Below are positions 1 to 8,882 of a stretch of 42,750 nucleotides of DNA, one piece after another; the stretch's first letter is position 1, and each line of letters starts with the position of its first letter. Under the pieces are notes generated by a model. It saw only the letters and a program-made list of their open reading frames with translations, made no database searches and had not been told where the DNA came from. The stretch is from an uncultured Candidatus Saccharibacteria bacterium (GTDB lineage: Bacteria > Patescibacteriota > UBA1384 > XYA2-FULL-43-10). The position numbers and the translations under genes are program-made. The stretch is from NCBI GenBank assembly GCA_964558315.1, contig CAZLCL010000004.1, forward strand, positions 7,221 to 49,970, read 5' to 3'.

Positions 1-857
1 GTTTCTGAACCGGCGATAATTTCGTTAGCCTCATCTCTTAAAATTAATGACATAATCTCGTTGCGTTCATCTCTGTTGTCATTTTTAAACCTAATCCTAA
101 TCGGATAATATCTGTCCTCAGCTGAATCGTTATCAATATAATTTGCAGATAGTTCGGTGTAACGATTTAACGCAAATGTTGTTGCATCTTCTTGCCAAAC
201 CTTATCCATATCTAGCCAATTATCTAACAATAATATTGATTCGGAGCCGTCATAAGTTGCCGAATATGATGTAATACAACCGTTGCCCATTTGTTCATCG
301 GCAGATTGATAATAATCTGTTGGGCAAGTAATCTTTCTTTTTTCTCCAGCGTTAACTTTAAGAAAAGTATAAAACTCAATTCCCCACTCCTGATCGGAGT
401 ATTGGATAGAGTTAATTTTTCCATTGCGATCAGTTTGAGGTTGCGAAATAAGGCCACCATTCAGAGTTAAACTATTGAGCTCCAAAGAGCCCTCCATTAA
501 CACAATCGCCTCACTGCCAATTATGACATTTTTATTTGCAATATTTAGATGTGAGGATTCATAAAGATACGGGGCGCTTAGATATGAAACATGAGAATAA
601 GATTTAATAGTGTTTGGAGTCCCCGAAATAGAACTAGACTCTTTTTGGTAAACGTAGCCGAACTTATCAACCGAATAAAAACCTGAGCCGAAAGAGATCG
701 TCTGCCCACTACTGGTGACTGTAATCCCCGCCACCACTGGGGTTTTTTGCGGTTTTAAAAAAAACCAAAGCGAAGCAATTGCTATAACAACCAAACAAAA
801 AGGGATTATCCTCTTTAAAATAATCTTTTGGTATAAAGACAATTTGGGGAGTCTCAC
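1..857 (-). CDS. Partial CDS (C-terminus runs off the left edge): N-terminally membrane-anchored exported protein of unknown function
   Basis: Hand translation of the minus strand gives no in-frame stop from 857 down to position 3. GTG at 855-857 is preceded by an in-frame TAA (858-860) and a GGAGGGG SD (862-868). The N-terminus VRLPKLSLYQKIILKRIIPFCLVVIAIASLWFFLKPQ has one hydrophobic helix. It is absent from the ORF track because no stop lies inside the window. Confidence 0.6.
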   Translation of the reverse strand, partial: MRLPKLSLYQKIILKRIIPFCLVVIAIASLWFFLKPQKTPVVAGITVTSSGQTISFGSGFYSVDKFGYVYQKESSSISGTPNTIKSYSHVSYLSAPYLYESSHLNIANKNVIIGSEAIVLMEGSLELNSLTLNGGLISQPQTDRNGKINSIQYSDQEWGIEFYTFLKVNAGEKRKITCPTDYYQSADEQMGNGCITSYSATYDGSESILLLDNWLDMDKVWQEDATTFALNRYTELSANYIDNDSAEDRYYPIRIRFKNDNRDERNEIMSLILRDEANEIIAGSE

Positions 858-892
858 TTATCCCCTCCATTAAATAATTTTCAACTTTTTCA

Positions 893-922
893 ATTATACA
901 ATTATTTTCTGTCGTTGGTCAA
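893..922 (-). promoter_or_regulatory. Sigma70-like promoter for the 1..857 gene (TTGACC-18 nt-TATAAT)
   Basis: On the minus strand, TTGACC lies at 922-917 and TATAAT at 898-893 with an 18-nt spacer. This is about 35 nt upstream of the GTG start. Confidence 0.4.
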
Positions 923-1285
923 AAAATTCCGGTCTGAATAATATGTAAAATAATTATCCGCTTTGATATTCTATGTGGATGCAAATATTTTTTTGACAGT
1001 TACTTTACCAACAGCCCAGGGGACCGGCCTAGGGGACGGTTCTATAATAGCCTCGTATTTACACTTTTGTTATTTTGCGATTAATTTTGTCTTGCTCTCG
1101 ATATCTTTGAAAATCACTTCCCCAAACATTCTTATGGTATGACTCTACAATTATCGTGTCAACAATCAGCTATTGGTAAAAAGTGTAATTATTATTCATA
1201 AGAGAAACGTCCCCCTGTCGTTTGTTATATATAGCATAGCAACCACCGAAAAAACAATATCCCAGTTTACCAAAATGGTAAATTA

Positions 1286-1537
1286 TTATTTTAACGATTC
1301 TCGGAGCATAAGTCTTAGAGTTGATTTTCCTTTAGTCGATTTTAAGTACATTTCCCTTCTTTTTGCATCGGCCTTGCTTTTGTAAGCTTCATAAAATATA
1401 AGCTCAAACGGACAAAAGGCCTTCGTTGATTTTACATAACCGTTTTGATGATACTCAAATCGTTGCTTAAGATTAGTTGAATAACCGACATAAATAAAAT
1501 CCTTGCATAAACTTTTAAGCGCATAAACGTAGTACAT
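1286..1537 (-). CDS. GIY-YIG nuclease superfamily protein (UPF0213-like, 83 aa)
   Basis: MYYVYALKSLCKDFIYVGYSTNLKQRFEYHQNG...YEAYKSKADAKRREMYLKSTKGK carries the GIY/YIG motifs and the conserved R and E spacing. I start it at the internal Met (1537), because the track ORF extension to 1675 crosses a terminator and the tRNA-Trp gene. Confidence 0.8.
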   Translation of the reverse strand: MYYVYALKSLCKDFIYVGYSTNLKQRFEYHQNGYVKSTKAFCPFELIFYEAYKSKADAKRREMYLKSTKGKSTLRLMLRESLK

Positions 1538-1551
1538 AACATTATTATAAC

Positions 1552-1576
1552 AAAAAAAGCCACAACAGATGTGGCT
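1552..1576 (-). terminator. Intrinsic terminator downstream of tRNA-Trp
   Basis: Minus strand reads AGCCACA-TCTGT-TGTGGCT (7-bp stem) followed by TTTTTT. Confidence 0.6.
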
Positions 1577-1664
1577 ATCTTGGTCATGAACTACGAAGAT
1601 TTCAGGACACATTCGCCATGTAAATTCGCAGCTATTGGCATAGCCGTGAACCTTACATGGTTCA

Positions 1665-1738
1665 TGGCAGGCCATAGAGGAGTCGAACCCCTGATTACGG
1701 TTTTGGAGACCGTCGTTATACCGTTTAACTAATGGCCT
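1665..1738 (-). tRNA. tRNA-Trp (anticodon CCA), CCA-encoded, 74 nt
   Basis: Hand-folded cloverleaf. Acceptor is AGGCCAT/ATGGCCT and D stem GTTA/TAAC. Anticodon stem is ACGGT/ACCGT with loop CTCCAAA. T arm is AGGGG-TTCGACT-CCTCT, discriminator G, 3' CCA. Confidence 0.95.
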
Positions 1739-1811
1739 ATAAACATAAAGGCAGATCGCACAGCATAGAAAGATCCGCTCTTTCTATATTATACTCTCTA
1801 CCTTATTTTTT

Positions 1812-1979
1812 CTACTTGGTCTCTTTGTGCAAAGTTTGCTTATTGCATTTTGGGCAATATTTTTTAAGCTCAATTCTTTTAATCACATCCTGCCCTTTTA
1901 GTCTTTTTTCAGTATGATGATTGCGCTCTTTACATTCTACACACTCTAGAGTAACAATCTCTCTTGCATCTTTTGCCAT
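1812..1979 (-). CDS. rpmG: 50S ribosomal protein L33 (55 aa)
   Basis: Hand translation gives MAKDAREIVTLECVECKERNHHTEKRLKGQDVIKRIELKKYCPKCNKQTLHKETK, with the typical L33 CxxC...CxxC...HKE(T)K pattern. It is below the 60-aa cutoff of the ORF track. Confidence 0.9.
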   Translation of the reverse strand: MAKDAREIVTLECVECKERNHHTEKRLKGQDVIKRIELKKYCPKCNKQTLHKETK

Positions 1980-2017
1980 AATCAGCCTTTATACAATAAA
2001 TTTATTAATTAATCTTA

Positions 2018-2093
2018 TGGAGCCGTTGGGCGGACTTGAACCGCCGACTTACTCCTTACCATGGAGTTACTCTACCAACTGAGTTACAACGGC
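2018..2093 (-). tRNA. tRNA-Thr (anticodon GGU), 76 nt
   Basis: Acceptor GCCGTTG/CAACGGC; anticodon stem ACTCC/GGAGT with loop ATGGTAA; T arm GGCGG-TTCAAGT-CCGCC; discriminator T; CCA encoded. Confidence 0.95.
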
Positions 2094-2107
2094 AAACCCT
2101 GATTTTA

Positions 2108-2194
2108 TGGTGCTGAGGGCAGGATTCGAACCTGCGAAGGCACAAGGCCGTGTGATTTACAGTCACATGCGTTTGACCGCTTCGCTACCTCAGC
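2108..2194 (-). tRNA. tRNA-Tyr (anticodon GUA), type II with long variable arm, 87 nt
   Basis: Acceptor GCTGAGG/CCTCAGC; anticodon stem TGTGA/TCACA with loop CTGTAAA; 15-nt variable arm CGGCCTTGTGCCTTC; T arm GCAGG-TTCGAAT-CCTGC; ACCA end. Confidence 0.95.
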
Positions 2195-2241
2195 GCACAA
2201 ATTCATTTTTTTTAATTTTTGGTTATTATTTCTCGGTTTTT

Positions 2242-2316
2242 TGGAGCCACCTGAGGGACTCGAACCCACAACCTACTGTTTACAAAACAGTTGCTCTACC
2301 ATTGAGCTAAGGTGGC
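2242..2316 (-). tRNA. tRNA-Thr (anticodon UGU), 75 nt
   Basis: Acceptor GCCACCT/AGGTGGC; anticodon stem ACTGT/ACAGT with loop TTTGTAA; T arm GTGGG-TTCGAGT-CCCTC (one U-U mismatch); CCA encoded. Confidence 0.9.
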
Positions 2317-2401
2317 GTTACCACAAAGAGTCATCTGGTTGTGATGTCTAAAATATCCCCAAAAACAATAATACTATATATTAAAAAACCCTATTAATCA
2401 A

Positions 2402-3145
2402 TCATTTAGATCTAAAAACATGGGAATGACTCATCTGTTTTTCTTCGGCAATTGTAGCTAATCTTCGATATTCACGATTATCAAGATCTAGGCTCGAAGC
2501 TCTTTTAAAAGATTTAGCTGATTTTGCATATTGCCTAATCTCCAAATATGCCTGACCTAAAAGCCCATACCAACCAGCATTATTACGATCTATCATCACC
2601 GCTTTTAGTAAATTATCTATCGCCTCATTATATTTTTCTTTAATCAAAAAATACTCTCCGATTACCGCATAGGCCATTGCATTCTCTTTGTTGCACTTTA
2701 ATGCTGTTTCAGCACCTATTTTTGCATTTTCATGCTCTCCCTTTTTAAGAGATATTAAAGCGATAAAAGCATAAGCTTGATCGCAATGCTTGTCCATTGA
2801 GATGGCGCTGATAGCTTTCTCTTCTGCAGAGTTATAATCGTTAATATTTATCAGCTCATTAACCTCAAATAATACCTTTGCCAATTCAGGATCATCAGCG
2901 GAGTAGCTATCTTGAGCCATTTCGATATCCTTAGGCGTAATAACTGTTTTTTGATCAGCAACAATAGCATTTATAATTTCGCTCTCATCTACATGCCTTC
3001 TTTTAGAAAAGATTTTATTAAAAGAGGGCAGATCAATTCTGCTTTTTTTAATTCGTTTCTTAAATACTCTTTCGCTTTTCGGTGCTTTTCTAAACAAAAT
3101 AAATATTAATGCACCTAAACAAATTACAATTGCCGCCTCTAACAA
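2402..3145 (-). CDS. Membrane-anchored tetratricopeptide (TPR) repeat protein
   Basis: N-terminal hydrophobic helix (MLEAAIVICLGALIFILF), then several 34-aa TPR-like units (e.g. AMAYAVIGEYFLIKEKYNEAIDNLLKAVMIDRNN, AGWYGLLGQAYLEIRQYAKSAKSFKRASSLD). Confidence 0.7.
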   Translation of the reverse strand: MLEAAIVICLGALIFILFRKAPKSERVFKKRIKKSRIDLPSFNKIFSKRRHVDESEIINAIVADQKTVITPKDIEMAQDSYSADDPELAKVLFEVNELININDYNSAEEKAISAISMDKHCDQAYAFIALISLKKGEHENAKIGAETALKCNKENAMAYAVIGEYFLIKEKYNEAIDNLLKAVMIDRNNAGWYGLLGQAYLEIRQYAKSAKSFKRASSLDLDNREYRRLATIAEEKQMSHSHVFRSK

Positions 3146-3942
3146 TTTACCTCCACCAGATTACCATTTTTTTCTAATTTGACTGTATAAAAATTTTTCA
3201 ATACGTTGTGACTTACAACCGTCCCTTTGCCTTCTTTAATTTTTACCTCGCTACCTATAAGGGGCAGGGTTTTTTTCGCTTTATGATATATATCAAGTTC
3301 ATATTTTAAGCAACACATCAGTTTTCCACACACTCCAGTAACTCTATTTGACCCCATCTGGGCCAAATTTTGATCAACTGCCATATCTAAAGTTACGCTT
3401 TCCAAATTTCCCTTTAAAAACCTCTTGCAACAGATTTTTTCACCACATCTACCAACACCCCCCAAATATCTGGCTTCGTCTCTGGCCCCGACTTGTTGTA
3501 AACGAATTACTTTACCGAAAGAATGAGCCAAGTCAGAAACCAATACTCTAAAATCTACTCTGCTGGGCGCAGTAAAATAAAAAGTTAATTTTTTATCATC
3601 AAAAGAGAGAGAAGCATCCAATAACTGCATCGGCAATTTATATTTGATGATTTTTGGTTTACACTCTTCTAAATATTTTTTCGCTTCAATGTTCTGATTC
3701 TCGATCTGTTTTCGGTCTTTATCGCTTAACTTTCTGATAAAAACAAACTTCTCCTCCGACTCGACGGGTTTATCTTTTTTACTTTCTTCTTCGGCTACAC
3801 CATTCGAGACAATAAAAGCAATTTCTAGACCGTTCTTTGACTCTACTAAAATCTCATCTCCAATAGACAGTTTATGATTATCCAGATTAATTTGGACAAC
3901 TCTACCATCCGTTTTTAATTTTGCATAAGCTTCAGATAACAT
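3139..3942 (-). CDS. PSP1 C-terminal domain protein (RicT/YaaT-like)
   Basis: LTFYFTAPSRVDFRVLVSDLAHSFGKVIRLQQVGARDEARYLGGVGRCGEKICCKRFL is characteristic of the PSP1/YaaT family. It sits immediately downstream of holB, as in Bacillus. Confidence 0.8.
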   Translation of the reverse strand: MLSEAYAKLKTDGRVVQINLDNHKLSIGDEILVESKNGLEIAFIVSNGVAEEESKKDKPVESEEKFVFIRKLSDKDRKQIENQNIEAKKYLEECKPKIIKYKLPMQLLDASLSFDDKKLTFYFTAPSRVDFRVLVSDLAHSFGKVIRLQQVGARDEARYLGGVGRCGEKICCKRFLKGNLESVTLDMAVDQNLAQMGSNRVTGVCGKLMCCLKYELDIYHKAKKTLPLIGSEVKIKEGKGTVVSHNVLKNFYTVKLEKNGNLVEVNC

Positions 3943-4624
3943 GATTTTTATATCTCAAAATTAATGATTCAAGCACCAGCAAAGGATTGACATTATTACC
4001 AATATCTCTCTTTGCTTGCAGTATTTCTTTGACAATTTTTGGCAAATCTTTTTTAAGGCTACTATTCTTTTTTGTGAACTCCATCTCCATATCAAACAAC
4101 AGATCAGCAGTTTGGTTGTTTTCGACAATCTTTTTCAACTCTTTGGTAATTTTATAAAAAGGATCCGAAAAAAGTTTTGCAATGTCTATCTCACTCAATT
4201 TTGAATGTGTCTCTAATTGCACAAAACTTTTTTGTTGACATCGGGATTTTATTGTTGAAATTAAATTGTCACGTTGAGAATATAAAAGAATAATTGCGTA
4301 TTGGGGAGGCTCTTCGAGCGTTTTTAATAATGCATTGGCCGCCTCCCGCCTCAACAAATTTGCTTCTTCCAAAAATAACATTTTATATTTAAAGTTTGGT
4401 GTTAAAGATAAGAAATGCTGAGCCTCTTTAATTTGTTTTATGTTTATCGCCCTAACTTTACCTTCCGAATTATCAGGACTAACATTTTGTATATCAAATT
4501 TATCTATTTGAAACTGATCAATTATCTCTTTAACAAATTGTTTGGACTTGTTAATATCTCCCGTTAACAAATAAGAAGAAGGAATTTTTACCCTCTCTAT
4601 TTTTTTATTATCATTCTTATCCAT
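3932..4624 (-). CDS. holB: DNA polymerase III delta-prime subunit (short form, 230 aa)
   Basis: ANALLKTLEEPP and STIKSRCQ clamp-loader (AAA+ sensor) motifs are present. The holB-yaaT synteny is conserved. Confidence 0.75.
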   Translation of the reverse strand: MDKNDNKKIERVKIPSSYLLTGDINKSKQFVKEIIDQFQIDKFDIQNVSPDNSEGKVRAINIKQIKEAQHFLSLTPNFKYKMLFLEEANLLRREAANALLKTLEEPPQYAIILLYSQRDNLISTIKSRCQQKSFVQLETHSKLSEIDIAKLFSDPFYKITKELKKIVENNQTADLLFDMEMEFTKKNSSLKKDLPKIVKEILQAKRDIGNNVNPLLVLESLILRYKNHVI

Positions 4625-4740
4625 AGTATCAATAATCTAACAAATCACACGTCTTTTTACAATAAAGATTTAAAATAATTATCAAAACATGTATAATGTG
4701 ATAATATTAGTGATCATATTAGTTATTAAATCAATTATTT

Positions 4741-5094
4741 ATGGGCAAATCAAAAGTAAAAGAATCGGAGTTAGAAGACAGATTGCTGATGTGCAAAGAC
4801 TGCGGTGAAAAATTTGTTTGGACAGCTGGAGAACAAAAATTTTTCCTTGATAAGGGTCTGCAAAATATCCCTAAAAGATGCAAGGTTTGCACCTCAAAAT
4901 TTAAAGGTAAAATTCACGAGAAACACCCTCACTTTTGGATTAAATGTCAATCATGTAAAATTAAAGCCGAAGTTCCGTTTGAACCGAAATCGGAAGACAT
5001 TTTATGTGAAAAATGTTTCAACAAAAAAATAGCTGAGAGAGATAAAATAATTTCTGACATGGGCGAAAAGTTTTCGCCACCAATAGATTCTTAA
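4741..5094 (+). CDS. Zinc-ribbon protein (zf-trcl / CxxC-x17-CxxC type)
   Basis: CKDCGEKFVWTAGEQKFFLDKGLQNIPKRCKVC matches the probable zinc-ribbon domain pattern. A second ribbon, CQSC...CEKC, follows. Confidence 0.65.
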   Translation: MGKSKVKESELEDRLLMCKDCGEKFVWTAGEQKFFLDKGLQNIPKRCKVCTSKFKGKIHEKHPHFWIKCQSCKIKAEVPFEPKSEDILCEKCFNKKIAERDKIISDMGEKFSPPIDS

Positions 5095-5096
5095 AT

Positions 5097-5261
5097 TTAT
5101 TTAACAGCTATTTTTTTAATACTTCTTAAACATTTTGCACACAAAAGAATACCGTTAACCTTTTGCAAATTCGGTTTAAATTTTCTCTTCGTGTGGACTT
5201 GCGAGTGAGAAACATTGCTCCCGCTCACCGCCTTTTTATCACAAATTTGACAACGAGCCAT
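5097..5261 (-). CDS. rpmB: 50S ribosomal protein L28 (54 aa)
   Basis: Hand translation gives [54 protein letters not shown], with the L28 signature (G.NVSHS...T.R.F.PNLQ). SD is GGAGATAAATAATG. It is below the ORF-track cutoff. Confidence 0.9.
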   Translation of the reverse strand: MARCQICDKKAVSGSNVSHSQVHTKRKFKPNLQKVNGILLCAKCLRSIKKIAVK

Positions 5262-5335
5262 TATTTATCTCCGACTTATCTAGTTATATACGAAAAATAC
5301 CATATCATATATTAATAAATTAATCAATTCATAAA

Positions 5336-5983
5336 ATGCTAATATTAAACTTAATTCAAAACCCGATTCTTCTTATAGTATTTATCTTTTCGCTACTAAT
5401 TGCGGTTACCGTTCATGAATATGCGCACGCATATTCAGCGTATAGGTCTGGTGATCCGACCGCAAAATTAATGGGGCGACTAACTTTAAATCCAGTTTCG
5501 CATTTAGACCCACTAGGCACAATTTTTCTATTTATTGTAGGATTCGGCTGGGGCAAACCTGTGTCGACTAATCCCAATAATTATTCCAAAAAAAGCGATG
5601 AGATATGGGTTGCCCTATCCGGCATAATTGCCAATTTAGTTTTAGCCACAATATTAGCCATCCCCTTAAGAATCGCCACTTTAAAAGGAATTCCCATAGA
5701 CTCTAACATCTGGCTAACTTTATTAAGTATATGCGTGGATATAAATATTGTCTTGGCGGCTTTTAATTTGCTACCCATATCTCCGCTCGACGGCTCTCAT
5801 GTAATCGAATATTTTATGAGCGAGGAGACAAAAATCAATTATCGTATTTATAGTCCTTATGTTTTGCTTTTTTTATTAATAGTTGACAGAGTTTCTTCCA
5901 CCTCTCTTTTATATACTATTATGGAGCCAATTATTCGCATTTTTTCTATCATAGCAAAGGGAACATTCTCTTTCTTTATTTAA
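5336..5983 (+). CDS. Site-2 protease family (peptidase M50) membrane metalloprotease
   Basis: HEYAHA (HExxH) lies in TM helix 1 and there is a NLLPISPLDG motif. Multiple hydrophobic helices are present. Confidence 0.85.
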   Translation: MLILNLIQNPILLIVFIFSLLIAVTVHEYAHAYSAYRSGDPTAKLMGRLTLNPVSHLDPLGTIFLFIVGFGWGKPVSTNPNNYSKKSDEIWVALSGIIANLVLATILAIPLRIATLKGIPIDSNIWLTLLSICVDINIVLAAFNLLPISPLDGSHVIEYFMSEETKINYRIYSPYVLLFLLIVDRVSSTSLLYTIMEPIIRIFSIIAKGTFSFFI

Positions 5984-6275
5984 AGAACAAATAGGCTTTT
6001 TGTGCTCATTAGCTTTATCAAGTTTTTATAAAATGATAAGATAATTGTGTTCTGCCCCGAATCATAAATTGGCTAACACATTTTTATTGGGACTTGTGCA
6101 CGATTTTTGTAGCGATATATTTTTCGGGAGCACAGGTGAGCTTTAGCTCAATCCTAAATTCTTATCACCTGTTGGTGATATATGCGGACGCCCACCTTGG
6201 AATTTTTAAGACCAATCTTATGATAATCGGGGTAGAACTTTACAAATTTTTATACGCAAGATATCTTTTTTAGAT

Positions 6276-6352
6276 CGGGGTGTAGCACAGTTGGCTAGTG
6301 CGCATGGCTGGGGGTCATGAGGTCGTCGGTTCGAGTCCGACCACCCCGACCA
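6276..6352 (+). tRNA. tRNA-Pro (anticodon GGG), 77 nt
   Basis: Acceptor CGGGGTG/CACCCCG; D stem GCAC/GTGC; anticodon stem CATGG/TCATG with loop CTGGGGG; T arm GTCGG-TTCGAGT-CCGAC; ACCA end. Confidence 0.95.
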
Positions 6353-6729
6353 TTTAGGACTTTTTAAAAATACTGAATATGTTTATATTGTTTTTGGAAT
6401 ATGTCTCAAATTTTTTAAGCATTATTAATAGCACGATAATAGTTTTAACCATTTCGAAAACATTTGTTCTCTTTTAAAGGAATTTTTCTGTAGATAGCTA
6501 CGATTTTGGGATAGCAAATTAGTCAAGGGGTATTTATTTGCTCTCATATAAACGACCGCAATCATAATTATTACGAAATATTTGCTGAATTGGTTTTTAT
6601 GCGTGTATAATTATTTATGACACACAATAAACAATATTAGATGTTCGGTTTTTTTGGATTAATTTTTAAAAACTAGGCACAATAATTGTTTATCACAAGA
6701 TGATTTGCTAAAATATTTCTATAAATAAT

Positions 6730-8877
6730 ATGCAAAATAAGTCATTTTTGAAAAAAGCTTTTTTGGCGACAAAAAGTGTTGCTCCTGGTTATTTTTTGTT
6801 GACGGAAAAAGTAGAAGAAAAATCCAACGAGTCTTTTTTGTTATTTATTATTGAATCCCACGATGACAAATTTGGTAAAAAATTTCAACAAATTACTCAT
6901 CAGCATGTTACAAAAGAATTTCTTTCTAACAATAATTACTCCCTTTTGAATTTTGAAGAGAGCCTCAACAATGTTAATAAATACTTTTTAAATAATCAGA
7001 CTGCTGAACAGCAATCTTCGCTTAACGCTTTTATCGGTTTTTATCAAGATTTTACTCTCCATATTTCGATGATCGGCTCCATTGAAGGTTATTTATTAAG
7101 AAAAGGCAAAATTAATTCGTTGACCGAAGGTTTAAGTAGTAATAATGATACGAGCTTTGTAAATATTACCAGTGGCGAATTACTGGCTTTAGATTCAATT
7201 ATTGTCGGCAATAAAAACTTTTTTGATCGGCTTTCTTTGGACAGAATTAGAAGAACAATTGATCACTTAAGTCCCAAAGAAGCTACCAGAGATTTTTTTA
7301 GGATATTGAGAAAAAATCACTTTTTAGACTGCAATTCAATCATTTTAAATGTTTCCCCTTATGGTAATGACAATAATGCATCTGATATTGACGATACAGA
7401 TGAGATTATTTATCTTGATGAAATAGAGGAGACAAAACTTTCGCATACATGGAAAACAATTAAGCCATTTTTAATCAAATTTTTATCTTATTTAGCTACT
7501 GCTATTAACCGATCCGGAAAACTATTATTGCAATTGTGGCGTAAAATTTCCCAATCTTGGGATACTAAGTATCGCCAAAAAACTAAGGAATTTATTAACG
7601 AAACCGGTAAAAATACTAAAAAAGGCCTGAATAGCGTTTCATCGAACATTAGACAAGGGATAAAACCAAAATCATCTAAGGTAAAAATTAAGTCTTATCA
7701 AGGTGCCGAAAAAAATTATTTTCTATATATCAAAAACATCATAAATTTTATTATAGTTAGTCTTATAAAACTGTTTAAAAAAGAGAATCGAAAATATCTT
7801 TACACATTTTTGCTACTTGTTTTAATACTAACTTCTTATTTAAAAATCGTTTCAAATAACAAAAATAGGGATTCAATCAAACAACAAAACGATGCAAAGT
7901 ATGCCCTAGAGCAAGCTGAGGCATCCCTTCAAAAAGCCAACGAAGACATCTCTTTGGGTAGATCAAACGGCATGGAGACTTTATCCCAAGCACTTGACTA
8001 TCTATCTCAAGCCGAAAATAATCCGGCCATTCTTGAATCAGCTCAAAAAATTAAAAAGGATATTTACTCGAAAATTGATGGTATCACAAACACAATTAGG
8101 TTATCTAATCCATCGGCAATTTTTTCTTTCAACCACGCCGTTTCAGTAACCGCAATATCCGGCTCAGTAATTTATGGTATTACCGAAGATGGCAAAATAT
8201 ATTTTACCGACGCAAGAGATAAAGACCCAAGATTAATAAGTGCAATAGATTCGACTTTTGGCAAACCTTTGTCGGCTTCTTATTCAGAGAACACCGGCCT
8301 CTTGTATATTTTAACCGATAAACCAACCATTTGGGCATTTGATCCTCTTGCACAATCAGGCGCAGAGATAGAGGTCACAGAGAGCAGTTGGGAAGCAGGC
8401 AATGCGATAACCACTTATAGCACTAATCTATATCTTTTGGATTCTGTAAATGGAAAAATCTGGCGACATAGCGAAAACGGCCAAAAATTTAATAAAGGTG
8501 TTTCCTATGCTGGTAATAGTAACGCCGCGTTGAACGGTGTTTCGTTGGCGATAGATGGTAGTATTTATGTATTGAAAGAGGATTCTACTATCGTAAAATT
8601 TTCTCATGGCACATCGGATACAAATTTCTCTCTGCAGAATCCTCCTCAACCTGATAGTAAAATTTCTAAGGCCGAATCAATTATTACTGACTCAGACTCA
8701 CAAAATATTTATATTCTTGATTCAGATCAAAATCGGATTCTGGAATTTGCCAAAGATGGTAAATTCGTCAAACAGTATCGTTTAGAAGGAAAAGATATTA
8801 GCTCCTTTCAAATTAACCCTCGAGTTCAAAAAATGTGGGTTTTTTGCCAGAATGAAGTATTCGAAATAGATTTATAA
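6730..8877 (+). CDS. Large membrane protein of unknown function: cytoplasmic N-domain, central TM region, C-terminal beta-propeller-like (NHL/YncE-like) repeats
   Basis: Hydrophobic segments lie around aa 330-375 (FLYIKNIINFIIVSLIKLF, YLYTFLLLVLILTSYLKIV). The C-terminal third has about 6 repeats of the type IY(I/L)LD...I..F (e.g. NIYILDSDQNRILEFAKDGKFVKQY). Confidence 0.5.
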   Translation: MQNKSFLKKAFLATKSVAPGYFLLTEKVEEKSNESFLLFIIESHDDKFGKKFQQITHQHVTKEFLSNNNYSLLNFEESLNNVNKYFLNNQTAEQQSSLNAFIGFYQDFTLHISMIGSIEGYLLRKGKINSLTEGLSSNNDTSFVNITSGELLALDSIIVGNKNFFDRLSLDRIRRTIDHLSPKEATRDFFRILRKNHFLDCNSIILNVSPYGNDNNASDIDDTDEIIYLDEIEETKLSHTWKTIKPFLIKFLSYLATAINRSGKLLLQLWRKISQSWDTKYRQKTKEFINETGKNTKKGLNSVSSNIRQGIKPKSSKVKIKSYQGAEKNYFLYIKNIINFIIVSLIKLFKKENRKYLYTFLLLVLILTSYLKIVSNNKNRDSIKQQNDAKYALEQAEASLQKANEDISLGRSNGMETLSQALDYLSQAENNPAILESAQKIKKDIYSKIDGITNTIRLSNPSAIFSFNHAVSVTAISGSVIYGITEDGKIYFTDARDKDPRLISAIDSTFGKPLSASYSENTGLLYILTDKPTIWAFDPLAQSGAEIEVTESSWEAGNAITTYSTNLYLLDSVNGKIWRHSENGQKFNKGVSYAGNSNAALNGVSLAIDGSIYVLKEDSTIVKFSHGTSDTNFSLQNPPQPDSKISKAESIITDSDSQNIYILDSDQNRILEFAKDGKFVKQYRLEGKDISSFQINPRVQKMWVFCQNEVFEIDL

Positions 8878-8882
8878 AATAA

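Noticed and set aside
1005-1050. GC-rich patch CAGCCCAGGGGACCGGCCTAGGGGACGG in the 858-1285 spacer, with a partial complement CGTCCCCCT at 1208-1216
   Set aside because: It is short, the pairing is imperfect (8 of 9), and there are no flanking promoter or terminator signals. The evidence is insufficient to call an RNA. It is worth including in an Rfam scan.
1538-1675. N-terminal extension of the GIY-YIG ORF (track start 1675)
   Set aside because: The extension overlaps the 3' end of tRNA-Trp and crosses a terminator hairpin. The GIY motif begins right after the internal Met at 1537.
2107-2310. 67-aa plus-strand ORF (MVLRAGFEPAKAQG...)
   Set aside because: It is the antisense reading of tRNA-Tyr and tRNA-Thr genes (FEPA/RDSNP are classic tRNA-shadow peptides). 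The same reasoning applies to 1732..1917, which overlaps tRNA-Trp and rpmG.
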